From the NCBI RefSeq assembly GCF_963921235.1, contig NC_086104.1, positions 20,770,001 to 20,834,000 of the forward strand: a stretch of 64,000 nucleotides of DNA, in the 5' to 3' direction. Positions 51,001 to 59,208 of the stretch are shown here, piece after piece. The position numbers and the translations under genes were made by a program. Positions within the stretch are counted from its first letter, which is position 1. Each line of letters opens with the position of its first letter. Under the pieces are notes generated by a model. That model was given only the letters and a program-made list of their open reading frames with translations, was not told the DNA's origin and ran no database searches. Origin of the DNA: Mobula hypostoma. Lineage: Eukaryota.

Positions 51001-54000
51001 GAGAGTAAAAAGATATTAAGAGAGTAAAAAGAGAGTAAAAAGAATTACAAGACATGGCAGAAAACGAACAAAGAGGATCTTTTTTGATTGGTGGAACAGC
51101 TCAAGGTGTTGAAAGACCTGCTTCTCCTGTTCCTTATTTGTATTAAACATAAACTGCTATCATTTTTTTTATTCCTCATCATCCATTTAGTAAACATATT
51201 AGAAACAAAAAGGGGACACAAATGGTACATTGATGGCTCATCTGCATCTATTTATGTTTCTATTAGTTCCACAAAAAAGCAAATTCTTAGGTTCAAACAA
51301 TGGTTTGCTTTGATTACTTATCAACAAATTGACAAGAGGAAGCACACTAATTAATGCCCATATCCTAACAAGATGGGGGAAGAGGATGCTGAGGAGTCAG
51401 CTGGAACTAACTTCTGACATTTAATATTGGAAAACAGCTCAACGAAAGGCATCATGAACAAGAGAGATCCTGCAGATGCTAGAAATCCAGAGCAACACAC
51501 GAAGTGCTGGCGGAACTCAGCAGGTCAGGCAGGACCTGATAAAAGGTCTCAGCCTGAAACATCAACTGTTTACTCATTTCCATAGATGCTGCCTGACCTG
51601 CTGAGTTCCTGAAGCATTTTGTGTGTGTTACAAAGGCATCAGGAAGGATAATGTCATCACGTGTGAAGCACCGTTTAACCAAACAGCCTTTCCTTTATCA
51701 TCTGCTTGGGCACACATTAAAACAAAACAATAATGCAATGAGATATTTAAACGTGAAATAATACAGAAGTTAATGAGGAGAAAAAAACACTAGATTAATA
51801 AAAGTCAATGTAGAAAGTATCAGTACCTGAGTGCATGCGTTCAATGATGATTGACTGATGTGGAGGAGGCTGAAGCAGATGAGAAGCATGAGAAATTGCT
51901 AATGCTAGACCAGTACCCAGAGGACTCTGCAAAACAAAACAAACATTCAAATATAAATTTTCTGAAAACCAGAATTATGACACACACCTGCATTTGTGAA
52001 GCTAACAAAGACAAATATATTTCTATTGCACTTTCTAACTAGCCAAAAACAAAATTAAATCATGCCCACCTACTATACAGTTTACTTCCAAATACTGAGC
52101 TTATTAAATATATAAATAAAACCAGTGTGTGGTATGCAACATTTGAAAAATGATAACTTAAAAAAACAATAAGCTTCCGTACAAAAAAAACTTAAACACA
52201 ATCACATTATTGGCAAATAACAAGATAGCATATCCAAAGGTAGCAACAGAACAATTCTACAGTATTCACTGCTCAAGTTATTTCCATTTCTCTTAATTTA
52301 AATGCTTGTGATTTAAATACACTCTGAATGCTTGTATATGAAGTCACAACGCTAATGACATTTTGGACACTTTCACCAAATTACACCTAAACCACCCAAA
52401 CATCTCTGGCCATCCATCCCTTCCAACATCAATTTAGTAGCACATATTCTTCATTCCTATTGTCTTTTGCTCTGAAGTTCATTACTTCAACTTTGTCAGG
52501 AAATGCCAGTATTATTTACATTACTCCTCAAGCACCAATTATATGCTTATAAGCAATAAAGCAAGGAGGGAAAAGTGTACGCCAATGGCTACTGTTCATA
52601 GATTGAATCCAATCTATTAACACATTTGCCAAATCTAATTATTTTAGCCAAAAACCAAAATTCAAGCTTCAGTAGCTGCTACATTTCTTCCTTCTCTCCA
52701 TATTTTGAATGCTTTGCTTGCATTGTCTAGAAACTGATTAAATTGATTATATAGACTGGTAGTCTTTCAAACAATCAGTATTGTACACATTGTATCTTGA
52801 ATCAAATTTCTTAAGACTACTGAACTATGTACTGTTCTGACAAACACAAATCAGTGTGATAACTCCAAACATACCGTTTTGGACTTGGCATTTTTTGAAT
52901 GAATGGCCACAGGGACTGGATGAGGATCAATGACTGAGCCAGGGAAGAGCTGTGCTAACTCTGCACTGATGGCTGCAGAGACTGCCTCATTAGGTGGTGT
53001 TAATGGAGGAGTCATGAACAATGGAGTTGTTTTTGGAGTGGGAGGAATGACATCAGCAGGGTGTATGAAAAAGCCAGGTGCGGAAGAGGCACTAGAAGGC
53101 ACCGAGTTGTGTATAGGTCCGACTCCAGGTGCTGTCGCTGCCGTAGTCTGATGCAACTTGGCTTCAAGCTTGGCTTTCTGTTATATTTAAAGAAAGAGTA
53201 GTCAATTAAACTACTTTGTTACAGCCCATGAGGCTTCAGTTATCATTTTGAACACATCAAGGAAAATGAAATTTGATTTTTGGATCCAAAGTTTTGGGAA
53301 GCAATGACTCATGTCAACTATCTGAAAATTGGGTTTTCCTATGAACAACCCACAAAACTAAATGCTCATATTACGTTAACAAATCAAAATTTAGTTGTGC
53401 TTATTACCATGTCCTTCAAATACAACATAACATTTAAATACTTAAAGATTGAGAAAAATCAGTAGCGGAAGAAATCACATCAGAATTTCAGTACACACCT
53501 GCTGCTGAAGTTTCAGTAACTGCTGTTGTTTCTCCTGTAGAACCTGCAACTGTTGCTCTGCTGAAGCCATGGCGTGGGAGAGAGACTGAAGTGCAACTTG
53601 GGCTGCTGAGCTCAGGGCTGTTGAGGCTTCTCCTACAGTACCAGTTGTAAGCCCACCCACTACTCCAGCGAGGCCAAAGCCAGTCACTGCACAATGGAAA
53701 GCAGGAATTTCACAAGTTAAGATAAAGCAATGATTCAGGCTTTGATGTGAAAAATAAATTGTAACATGATGGCTAACATTTTATCCTCCTGTAGAACTTC
53801 AGATAACAAAAACAAAACTTTTCACAGTGAATCATACCAAATTGATCACAGAATATAATGGAATCTGATTCTGTCATCTTTGTGAGCATTAACCTTAAAA
53901 TATTTACGCTTGAATACATTTGATAGCAAATGAAATGCAATAGTTATGTTACATTCCTATAACCTATCCCAAACCGATAGAATGTGAGCATAAGCAGCTC

Positions 54001-57000
54001 ATAAAAAGGAGACTTTAACATCAAAATGACCATTCTTCCTGCATCAATTACTATGCATCAACTTACTTGCATCATCTCGTTCCACTCTTGTGCCATCACT
54101 CGTTGAAATGCAACTGAAGTGGAGTGGTTCAACTTCCAAAAGTCCGGTCAGAGCTGTGAAACTGCCCTCAGCCGCACCACAACTGCTCATTTTCCCATTC
54201 CCTGCATAGGCAGAACACATTCAGAGCCATGCAGATGATCTCCTGGATGGACACTTAGCTTAAAATACAATTACATTTTTTGTCCAGAAAATGACCTTGA
54301 GTCACTGGACATCACTGTCTATACACAACACTGATCACCACTGACAGCAATTTGCACTACATAAATGGTGGGATGCATAAAGAACCAAGATCAGAACCTA
54401 ATTTGAACATTTGTTCTTTTTATATTATTTAGATGGGATTTTGAAAGAATCAGAATTATTACTGCTGACTGTATGGCAAGAAATTTGTTCTTTTGCTGCA
54501 ACACTACAGTGTATACACAAGTACAGTGGATTCCGGTTAATTGGGCCATCAGTTAATTAGTGCAGCCGCTTACTGCATTTAGGCCAAATCTCAAAGAACA
54601 AAAAATAATCGAGAAAATAGCTGGTGAGTCCTGTCCTCAAATTTACCCGGTCCATTTCCAACACTTCCCTCCCCTTTCTTGACCTCTCTGTCTCTAGAGT
54701 CAGCTTATCTACTGATGTCTATTATAAACCCACCAACTCTCACAACTACCTGGACTTCCCACCCTGTTACTTGTAAAAACACCATCCCCTTTTCTCAGTT
54801 CCTCTGCTTCCGTCGCATCTGCTCTCAGGATGAGGTTTTTAATTCCAGAATGAAGGAGATGTCGTCCTCCTTCAAAGAAAGCGGCTTACCTTCCTCCACC
54901 ATCAACGCTGCCCTTAACCGCATCTCTTCCATTTCACGCATGTCTGCTCTTACCCTATCCTCCTGCCACGCTACCACGGATAGAGTTCCTCTTGTCCCCG
55001 CCTACCACCCCACCAACCTCCACGTCCGTCCAGCAAATTCTCCGGAACTTCTGCCATCTTCAACAGGATCCCAGCGTCCCCCCACTTTCTGCTTTCCACA
55101 GGAATTGCCCCCTACATGACTCCCTTGTCCATTCGTCCCTCCCCACTGATCTCCCTCCTGGCACTTATCCTTGCAAGCAGAACAAATGCTACACCTGCCC
55201 CTACACCTTCTCCCTCACTACCATTTAGGGCCCCAAACAGTCCTTCCAGGTGAGGTGACACTTCACCTGTGAGTCGCTGAGTCCAGTGCTCCCAGTGTGG
55301 CCTCCTGTATATCAGTGAGACCCAATGCAGATTGGGAGACTGCTTCGCTGAGCACCTATGCTCTGCCCAACAGAAAAAGCAGGATCTCTCAGTGGCCACC
55401 TATTTTAATTCCACTTCCCATTCCCACCCTGACATGTTGATCAATGGCCTCCTCCAAGGTCGTGATGAGGCCACACTCAGATTGGAGGAACAACACCTTA
55501 TATTCCATCTGGGTAGTGTCCAGCCTGATGGCATGAACATCGATTTCTCGTACTTCCGGAAATAGCCCCCCCCAACTTCACCATCCCCATACCTTTTTCC
55601 CTCTCTCACCTCATCTCCTTGCCTGTCTATCACCCCCCTCTGGTGTTCCTTTCTCCCTTTCCTTTCTTCCACGGCCTTCTATCCTTTCCTATTAAATTCC
55701 CCCTTCTCCAGTCCTGTATCTCTTTCACCAATCAACTTCCCAGCTCTGCTTCACCCCTCCCCCTCCCAGTCTCACCAATCACCTTGTGGTTTCTCCCTCC
55801 CCTCATCCCATCTTTTAAATCTATTCATCTTTTTTTTCCCCTCCAGTCCTGCAGAAGGGTTTTGGCCTGAAACGTCTACTTTACTCTTCTTCATAGATGC
55901 TGCCTGGCTTGCCGAGTCCACCAGCATTTCAAGCGTGTTGCTTGGATTTCCAGCATCTGCAGATTTTCTCGTTTGTGTTTTCAGTTGTGTGTGCGCATGC
56001 TTCTGTTCAAAAAGCAGTGATTTTTGTCACTGATAGTTGGCAAGAAAATAAACAGCGAGACAATTCAGAACTGCTTTACTCACTGCAATTTCAAGCTTAG
56101 AGATGCTAGTAATGGCCAGCAGTGAAAATGAAAAGATTTTACTACTTTAACAAGTTAGGAACCATGAAGAATTCAAAGGCATCAAAACTCATCTTGAATT
56201 TTAGAATGAAAATGGAGATTTGGAGGATGCAATCATCGAAAATTGTATCGAGGCAGTTCATTATCTGAATTAGGTGTCTGCACTGATTTTTTTCGTGTAC
56301 ACGGTACATGGTAACATGCACTGGATCCGATAATTATTATGAATTCACACAGTTTTATAATACTGTAGTGGTATTGATAGCTGTCGGCTACCCCACAGAG
56401 TGTTATACGGCCAACTACATCATGGTCGATGCTCAGCTGGAAGGCCGAAGCACTATAAGGATCAGATGAAGAATGCTTTAAGGAAGTGCAAAATCAGACC
56501 CGAGGACCTGGAGGAGATGCTGCTGACCGTACCAAATGGCGATGGCTGTGTAGGGATGGGGTTCGTATTCTGGAGATGGAAAGAACAACCAGAAGACAGC
56601 AGAAGAGAGCCAGGAGAAATGCAGCCATGGTTGCCACCACTACTACATATACATGTCCCACCTGCAATAGAGCTTGTGGGTCCAGGATAGGACTGTATAG
56701 TTAAAGATCTCACCGTTAAAGGAGTGGACGTCGTCATCAGATTTCAATGAACAACCGAAGAAGAGTATTGATAGTGTTCCAATTTGTTTCGTATTTCACT
56801 TACATACATAATTTGTTACTCAGTTAAGCATTAGTTTGTCTCTTCTATACCTTGTTAACTATTTCCATGAAACGTTAGCTAATTGGGGCAGCCACTTAAG
56901 TGGGTCTGAATGTACAGGTCCCGATGTGTCCCAATTAATCAGAATCCACTGTATTTATGGTACTGCTAAAGCTACGGAATCATTTATACTGTGACAGGAT

Positions 57001-59208
57001 TGTGCAGCATCAACTGTCGTGTGTTGTAACATCAACTGAAGATACAGAAGTTCATCATACAGTTTTGGAGTGGCAGTGGTCAAGAAAAGATTTGCTGGAG
57101 AAGTTTATGTAGTCTTCAAGTACAAAATGTACCGAAGGATTAACAATCAAGGATAAATCAGGATATATGCTACTAATGCTTCTACAAGGTCAACTAAGTA
57201 CTCCATGTCTATGAAAATGCTTCTGACCAGGAGGTAAGTAAGGTTGTACAGCAATGAGGGCCTGCAGCAAAAACAAAGTGAAATTTGTGATAAAGATAGC
57301 ATCACAAAAATCTTAAGGTAATTGAATGAATTATCCCATAGAATATTTACATTTATGTACTGGAAATGACATTAAACAATCTTGAATCTTGTTATAGAAT
57401 TGGGCAAAGCACTGGCAAATGGTTCCTTCCTGACAAGCATTTGGTAAAGTTAATTAAGGCAAGAGCATATTCTGTATTTTAAATGGGTTCAAATCCACAC
57501 TTCCTTAAGCGAAGCAATAATGATCAATAAAGTGAAGGAAGAATATATTATGTTTGTCTTCACAGGTCAGGACATAGAATATAAAGGCAACCTAAAATCT
57601 GCTGGAGGAACTTAACAGGTCGAGCAGCATCTGTGGTGGATGGGGGGTTTGGGCTGACAAACAGGAGGAATTATCAATGTTTCGAGTCAAAACCCTGCTT
57701 CAGGACCTCGAGACGAGAGGGAAGATGTCCAGTAAAAAGAGGGGGAGTGGTGAATCAGGGTCAGGTGTTTAGTAGACCGGGGAAGGGTAAAAGCATGACA
57801 GGCAAATGAAGCCAGGAAGGAAATGGGTGGAATTGAGAGATAGAGGCAGACAAGTAGCAAGTAGCAAAACAAAGGCCAAAAGAGCCAGGTGGTGGGAGGG
57901 GAGAGTGAAGGTGCAGGCAATGGCTGAAGGGTGATCAGTAGGAACACAAAGTCTATAAGTACTGGAATCTGATAGAGGATGATAAGGGAGAAATGAAGAA
58001 ACTCTATTGGAGCATCAGGAGCCATTTATGTCTCTAGAATATAAGTGTTGGTATATTATGTTGCATCTTTACAAAACTGATTAGCTCTACCTGCAATTTC
58101 GTGTGCATTTCTAGTTACCACAATATAAGATGGATGTGACTGCGCTAGAGAGCGTGCCAAAGAGATTCACCTGGATTGAAGGATTTTAGTTTAGGGGAGA
58201 GATTGAATAGACTGAATCTGTTTTCCTTGCAGCAGTGTGAGGGTTAACTAGATGGTGGTATAGAAGATGAGAGGTATAGACAGGGTAAAGAGTCAAAATC
58301 TCCCCCCCCATCCCCTTGTATTTATATCAAAAACAGAGGAAGTAGATTTAAGGTGAAATGGAGGAGTTCAAATCAAAATTTATCAGGGTCTTTTTTCCAA
58401 AAATACAACATGTCTGATATCTGAGAGCTTGTCAGAGGTAGAAGAATTAAATATAATGACAGTGTTTAAAGGGTATTTACACAAAGTGGGCAAGGCATAG
58501 AAGGTTAAAGCTGGAATGCAGGCAAATGAGGTTAGTACAGATAACAAAGTGTCGTTGTGGAAGTCGTAAGCTAAATGAACTTATTCTATGCCATACAACT
58601 CCACAACTACAAATGCCGTGCAAACATTCAATATTTTACTATATAGGTCTGAACCTTATTTGTTATGATCCAAGATCATCATGGCTGGACAAACTTCCTT
58701 TGAATTGTTTATACTTTCATAACTTTAATCTAATAGTGTTTACAAGCTGCGGAATGGTAATAGAACACAAGGATTCACAGCAGAGCAGAAGACCTTAAGG
58801 TACAGAAGGAGACCCTTGAGCCTGTTCTGCTACTCAATAAAATCATGTTGATTAAGTGTGGTGAACTGGAGTTTCCATATGCACTAAGGCTTCCCTCAGT
58901 CCACATTTTATACTACAAGCCAATGCAGACATTTGTACTAACTGCAACGTCACTAGAACATCAGAATTGTCCAAGACATTTGCAAAAAAATGATGACTCA
59001 ACATATTGCAGTAAAAGCACTTCCACTGGAATCAAAGCATTTATCAGCTTCAGAAATAGTGTTTGACCACTCACCTGATAATACATCAGAAAGATCGATT
59101 TCATCAGATTGTACACCCACACTACTATTATAAGCATTTTTGCAGGATGAACCACACATTTCTAAATCGAACAGAACGGGATCAAAGGGCGAGCTGTATA
59201 AGCCATAC
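2743..59208 (-). CDS. BIRC6: BIRC6 (BRUCE/Apollon), internal part: 30 coding exons, gene continues beyond both window ends
   Basis: Spliced translation matches the vertebrate BIRC6 central region as I recall it ([17 protein letters not shown] ... [12 protein letters not shown] ... [16 protein letters not shown] ... [12 protein letters not shown]). All introns are GT-AG with consistent phases; exon total 5502 nt. Confidence 0.97.
3577..3777 (-). CDS. BIRC6: BIRC6 exon ([32 protein letters not shown]...PHLASLA)
   Basis: tatag / gtacgt, 201 nt; read manually. Confidence 0.94.
4451..4645 (-). CDS. BIRC6: BIRC6 exon ([24 protein letters not shown]...HNFAPLG)
   Basis: ORF 4443..4661; tttag / gtatgt, 195 nt. 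Confidence 0.95.
5013..5203. mobile_element. Old fold-back PLE pseudo-LTR insertion
   Basis: Degenerate inverted arms; possible TSD tgctgaagtctactg / tactgaaatctattg. Confidence 0.5.
5258..5354 (-). CDS. BIRC6: BIRC6 exon ([32 protein letters not shown])
   Basis: ttcag / gtaggt, 97 nt; read manually. Confidence 0.93.
5772..5947 (-). CDS. BIRC6: BIRC6 exon ([13 protein letters not shown]...[10 protein letters not shown])
   Basis: ORF 5664..6065; atcag / gtaatt, 176 nt. Confidence 0.95.
7106..7665 (-). CDS. BIRC6: BIRC6 exon ([19 protein letters not shown]...AMAMIIG)
   Basis: ORF 7050..7637; ttcag / gtaggt, 560 nt. Confidence 0.96.
8392..8547 (-). mobile_element. Short LINE-derived fragment with (TAAT)n tail, possibly Vingi-like
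   Basis: GC-rich island next to a taattaattaattaa tail; family assignment from memory only. Confidence 0.3.
8993..9075 (+). repeat. 28-bp tandem repeat x3 (ctgtcaccggatcgaactcgggaacgac) inside the Tigger element
   Basis: Seen directly. Confidence 0.85.
9238..9397. other. Assembly gap (160 N)
   Basis: Run of N. Confidence 1.
10101..10228 (-). CDS. BIRC6: BIRC6 exon ([23 protein letters not shown]...ILSTER)
   Basis: ttcag / gtaagt, 128 nt. Confidence 0.94.
10688..12075 (+). mobile_element. CR1 LINE, 5'-truncated decayed RT region
   Basis: [50 protein letters not shown] fragments. Confidence 0.9.
12504..12637 (-). CDS. BIRC6: BIRC6 exon ([44 protein letters not shown])
   Basis: ttcag / gtaaaa, 134 nt; read manually. 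Confidence 0.92.
13787..13897 (-). CDS. BIRC6: BIRC6 exon ([37 protein letters not shown])
   Basis: tgcag / gtaagt, 111 nt. Confidence 0.93.
14081..14207 (-). CDS. BIRC6: BIRC6 exon ([14 protein letters not shown]...IIPLNQ)
   Basis: ORF 14037..14231; ttcag / gtgagc, 127 nt. Confidence 0.94.
14270..14492. mobile_element. Young fold-back PLE pseudo-LTR insertion
   Basis: Near-perfect inverted arms 14306-14381 / 14418-14492; TSD gactaaaattagt (14257-14269) / gactgaaactagt (14493-14505). Confidence 0.85.
14396..14431 (+). ncRNA. Minimal type-I hammerhead ribozyme (PLE-associated), intact catalytic core
   Basis: AGTC-CTGACGA-AGGGTCTCGGCCT-GAAAC-GTC-GACT: stem I AGUC/GACU, CUGANGA and GAAA core, GUC cleavage triplet, ACGU palindrome for dimeric stem III. 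Confidence 0.8.
14527..14672 (-). CDS. BIRC6: BIRC6 exon ([13 protein letters not shown]...[10 protein letters not shown])
   Basis: ORF 14521..14724; ttcag / gtatga, 146 nt. Confidence 0.93.
15763..15879 (-). CDS. BIRC6: BIRC6 exon ([21 protein letters not shown]...NTSPT)
   Basis: ORF 15758..15946; cgcag / gttaga, 117 nt; preceded by an 89-nt intron. Confidence 0.94.
15969..16122 (-). CDS. BIRC6: BIRC6 exon ([17 protein letters not shown]...SVSVSQ)
   Basis: ORF 15955..16161; aaaag / gtttgt, 154 nt. Confidence 0.93.
16727..16965. mobile_element. Fold-back insertion of a second PLE family with decayed hammerhead
   Basis: Inverted arms 16727-16788 / 16866-16933; exact TSD ccaaatatta (16717-16726 / 16966-16975); minus strand CTGAAGA...GAAAC at about 16775-16812. 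Confidence 0.7.
17017..17150 (-). CDS. BIRC6: BIRC6 exon ([21 protein letters not shown]...DPLAAKVFK)
   Basis: caaag / gtatag, 134 nt. Confidence 0.9.
17338..17496 (-). CDS. BIRC6: BIRC6 exon ([14 protein letters not shown]...[10 protein letters not shown])
   Basis: ORF 17330..17566; aatag / gtgagt, 159 nt. Confidence 0.9.
18567..18750 (-). CDS. BIRC6: BIRC6 exon ([17 protein letters not shown]...IQDILAG)
   Basis: ORF 18505..18747; ggtag / gtagga, 184 nt. Confidence 0.95.
18922..19089. mobile_element. Fold-back PLE pseudo-LTR insertion
   Basis: Inverted arms; TSD gacaattgcaa (18911-18921) / gacaatggcaa (19090-19100). Confidence 0.75.
19540..20030 (+). mobile_element. Highly decayed CR1 3' fragment
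   Basis: Recognisable CR1 3' wording (aaggccacacttg..., gggtacagagaagg..., gcatttggatagatac). Confidence 0.55.
20376..21818 (-). mobile_element. CR1 LINE, 5'-truncated
   Basis: ORFs 21647..21838, 21148..21420, 20538..21041 ([26 protein letters not shown]); 3' tail near 20376. Confidence 0.92.
22113..23292 (+). mobile_element. Rex1/Babar LINE 3' fragment
   Basis: [48 protein letters not shown]; aataaacctgattctgatt tail. Confidence 0.88.
23330..25740 (-). mobile_element. Decayed CR1 LINE interrupted by a PLE fold-back (24169-24364) and a second CR1 3' end (about 24752-25085)
   Basis: CR1 ORF2 fragments 23679..23912, 24875..25096, 25512..25724. Confidence 0.82.
24169..24364. mobile_element. 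Fold-back PLE pseudo-LTR insertion inside CR1
   Basis: Inverted arms; exact TSD atagtcttactg (24157-24168 / 24365-24376). Confidence 0.8.
27120..27710. mobile_element. Old PLE pseudo-LTR remnants (purine-rich then pyrimidine-rich arms)
   Basis: Ends ...cttgatgcagggtttcaacc...gattccagcatctacag, the decayed form of the pLTR tail. Confidence 0.5.
27932..28147 (-). CDS. BIRC6: BIRC6 exon ([14 protein letters not shown]...[10 protein letters not shown])
   Basis: ORF 27896..28180; aacag / gtgagt, 216 nt. Confidence 0.95.
30863..30994 (-). CDS. BIRC6: BIRC6 exon ([20 protein letters not shown]...KQATSK)
   Basis: ttgcag / gtatga, 132 nt. Confidence 0.93.
31479..31502 (+). repeat. (GA)12 microsatellite
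   Basis: Seen directly. Confidence 0.95.
31672..31799 (-). CDS. BIRC6: BIRC6 exon ([11 protein letters not shown]...[12 protein letters not shown])
   Basis: tatag / gtactt, 128 nt. Confidence 0.93.
32467..32604 (-). CDS. BIRC6: BIRC6 exon ([22 protein letters not shown]...KDRERILTG)
   Basis: ORF 32411..32812; tgcag / gtattc, 138 nt. Confidence 0.92.
33482..33615 (-). CDS. BIRC6: BIRC6 exon ([44 protein letters not shown])
   Basis: ttcag / gtaagg, 134 nt; read manually. Confidence 0.93.
33951..34170 (-). CDS. BIRC6: BIRC6 exon ([12 protein letters not shown]...RWWGQF...IFPQDR)
   Basis: ORF 33947..34162; tgtag / gtaggt, 220 nt. Confidence 0.95.
34361..34444. mobile_element. Small hAT (Charlie-like) MITE
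   Basis: caggttcacaaac ... gttgggaacccctg termini; imperfect 8-bp flanks ctccaaaa / ctataaaa. Confidence 0.5.
35228..35525 (+). mobile_element. CR1 3' end
   Basis: gaggaggaatttatttagc...gtggtgaatctgtg...gcctaattctgctcctatatctt. Confidence 0.8.
36231..36577 (-). CDS. BIRC6: BIRC6 exon ([13 protein letters not shown]...[10 protein letters not shown])
   Basis: ORF 36226..36618; gacag / gttagt, 347 nt. Confidence 0.95.
37661..38990 (-). mobile_element. 1.33-kb non-coding insertion, probable solo LTR
   Basis: Interrupts the hAT transposase at FSV|ATDAS; TSD cagta; termini GTATTAC...GTAAATAC; AATAAA on minus strand near 37775. Confidence 0.65.
39687..42365 (-). mobile_element. Young 5'-truncated CR1 LINE inserted in the hAT transposase
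   Basis: 543-aa ORF 40609..42240 (endonuclease end + RT to just before FADD), then 40068..40586 and 39782..40111; (TTGTCTG)n tail; hAT frame ...ALEAKS|FNIISVL rejoins across it. Confidence 0.95.
44690..46070 (-). mobile_element. Old CR1 fragment with an internal short insertion (about 44820-45078)
   Basis: ORFs 45241..45474 ([12 protein letters not shown]), 45682..45873, 45895..46089. Confidence 0.7.
46474..46682 (-). CDS. BIRC6: BIRC6 exon ([19 protein letters not shown]...QEDIQCR)
   Basis: ORF 46440..46739; ggcag / gttagt, 209 nt. Confidence 0.95.
47010..47149 (+). mobile_element. CR1 3' terminal fragment
   Basis: ...gaagggccgaatggcctactcctgcacctattttctatgtttctatgttt tail. Confidence 0.85.
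47556..49275 (-). mobile_element. Rex1/Babar LINE, 5'-truncated, relatively well preserved
   Basis: ORFs 48679..49245 ([22 protein letters not shown]), 48198..48620 (GAPQGT, KFSDDS), 47706..48077. Confidence 0.92.
49427..49641 (-). CDS. BIRC6: BIRC6 exon ([17 protein letters not shown]...PPPVCRFMK)
   Basis: ORF 49367..49627; tttag / gtacgt, 215 nt. Confidence 0.95.
50708..51010 (-). mobile_element. LINE (Rex1/Babar or L2-like) 3' tail fragment
   Basis: gattagattcaactttattgtc tail; gggaagaagctcttcctg...ctcctgtagc motif. Confidence 0.6.
51455..51631. mobile_element. Fold-back PLE pseudo-LTR insertion
   Basis: Inverted arms; exact TSD aaaggcatca (51445-51454 / 51632-51641); decayed hammerhead ctgataaaaggtctcagcctgaaacatc. 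Confidence 0.78.
51827..51926 (-). CDS. BIRC6: BIRC6 exon ([34 protein letters not shown])
   Basis: ttgcag / gtactg, 100 nt. Confidence 0.93.
52875..53177 (-). CDS. BIRC6: BIRC6 exon ([12 protein letters not shown]...[18 protein letters not shown]...KSKT)
   Basis: ORF 52851..53156; aacag / gtatgt, 303 nt. Confidence 0.94.
53499..53686 (-). CDS. BIRC6: BIRC6 exon ([12 protein letters not shown]...[13 protein letters not shown])
   Basis: ORF 53475..53687; tgcag / gtgtgt, 188 nt. Confidence 0.94.
54067..54201 (-). CDS. BIRC6: BIRC6 exon ([44 protein letters not shown])
   Basis: tgcag / gtaagt, 135 nt, phase 1-1. Confidence 0.93.
54630..55975 (+). mobile_element. Penelope-like element 3' half (RT thumb, linker, GIY-YIG endonuclease, pseudo-LTR)
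   Basis: [63 protein letters not shown]. Confidence 0.9.
56381..56764 (+). mobile_element. RTE-clade LINE 3' end
   Basis: LYGQLHHG...KHYKDQMK...ADRTKWR...[14 protein letters not shown]; gaagaaga tail; exact TSD gtattgatag (56371-56380 / 56765-56774). Confidence 0.88.
57590..58020 (-). mobile_element. Old PLE pseudo-LTR remnant
   Basis: gctggaggaacttaacaggtcgagcagcatctg head and purine-rich body. Confidence 0.6.
58040..58590 (+). mobile_element. Decayed CR1 3' fragment
   Basis: gctagagagcgtgccaaagagattcacc, gagaggtatagacagggta, tagatttaaggtga. Confidence 0.6.
59075..59208 (-). CDS. BIRC6: BIRC6 exon ([45 protein letters not shown])
   Basis: ttcag acceptor, gtgagt donor, 134 nt; not in ORF track, read manually. 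Confidence 0.93.

Larger units (their letters stand above)
54524..56951. mobile_element. Tigger/pogo-type MITE hosting nested PLE and RTE insertions
   Basis: TA-CAGTGGATTCCGGTTAATTGGG ... CCCAATTAATCAGAATCCACTG-TA. Confidence 0.82.

Noticed and set aside
53687-54066. Search for an extra short exon or extended donor after ...RDDA
   Set aside because: Read-through hits a stop (gtaagttga) and no convincing AG-microexon-GT was found.
2743-59208. U12-type or non-canonical introns, or frame disruptions in BIRC6
   Set aside because: All 29 introns are GT-AG without the GTATCCT U12 signature and all phases match; no sign of pseudogenisation.
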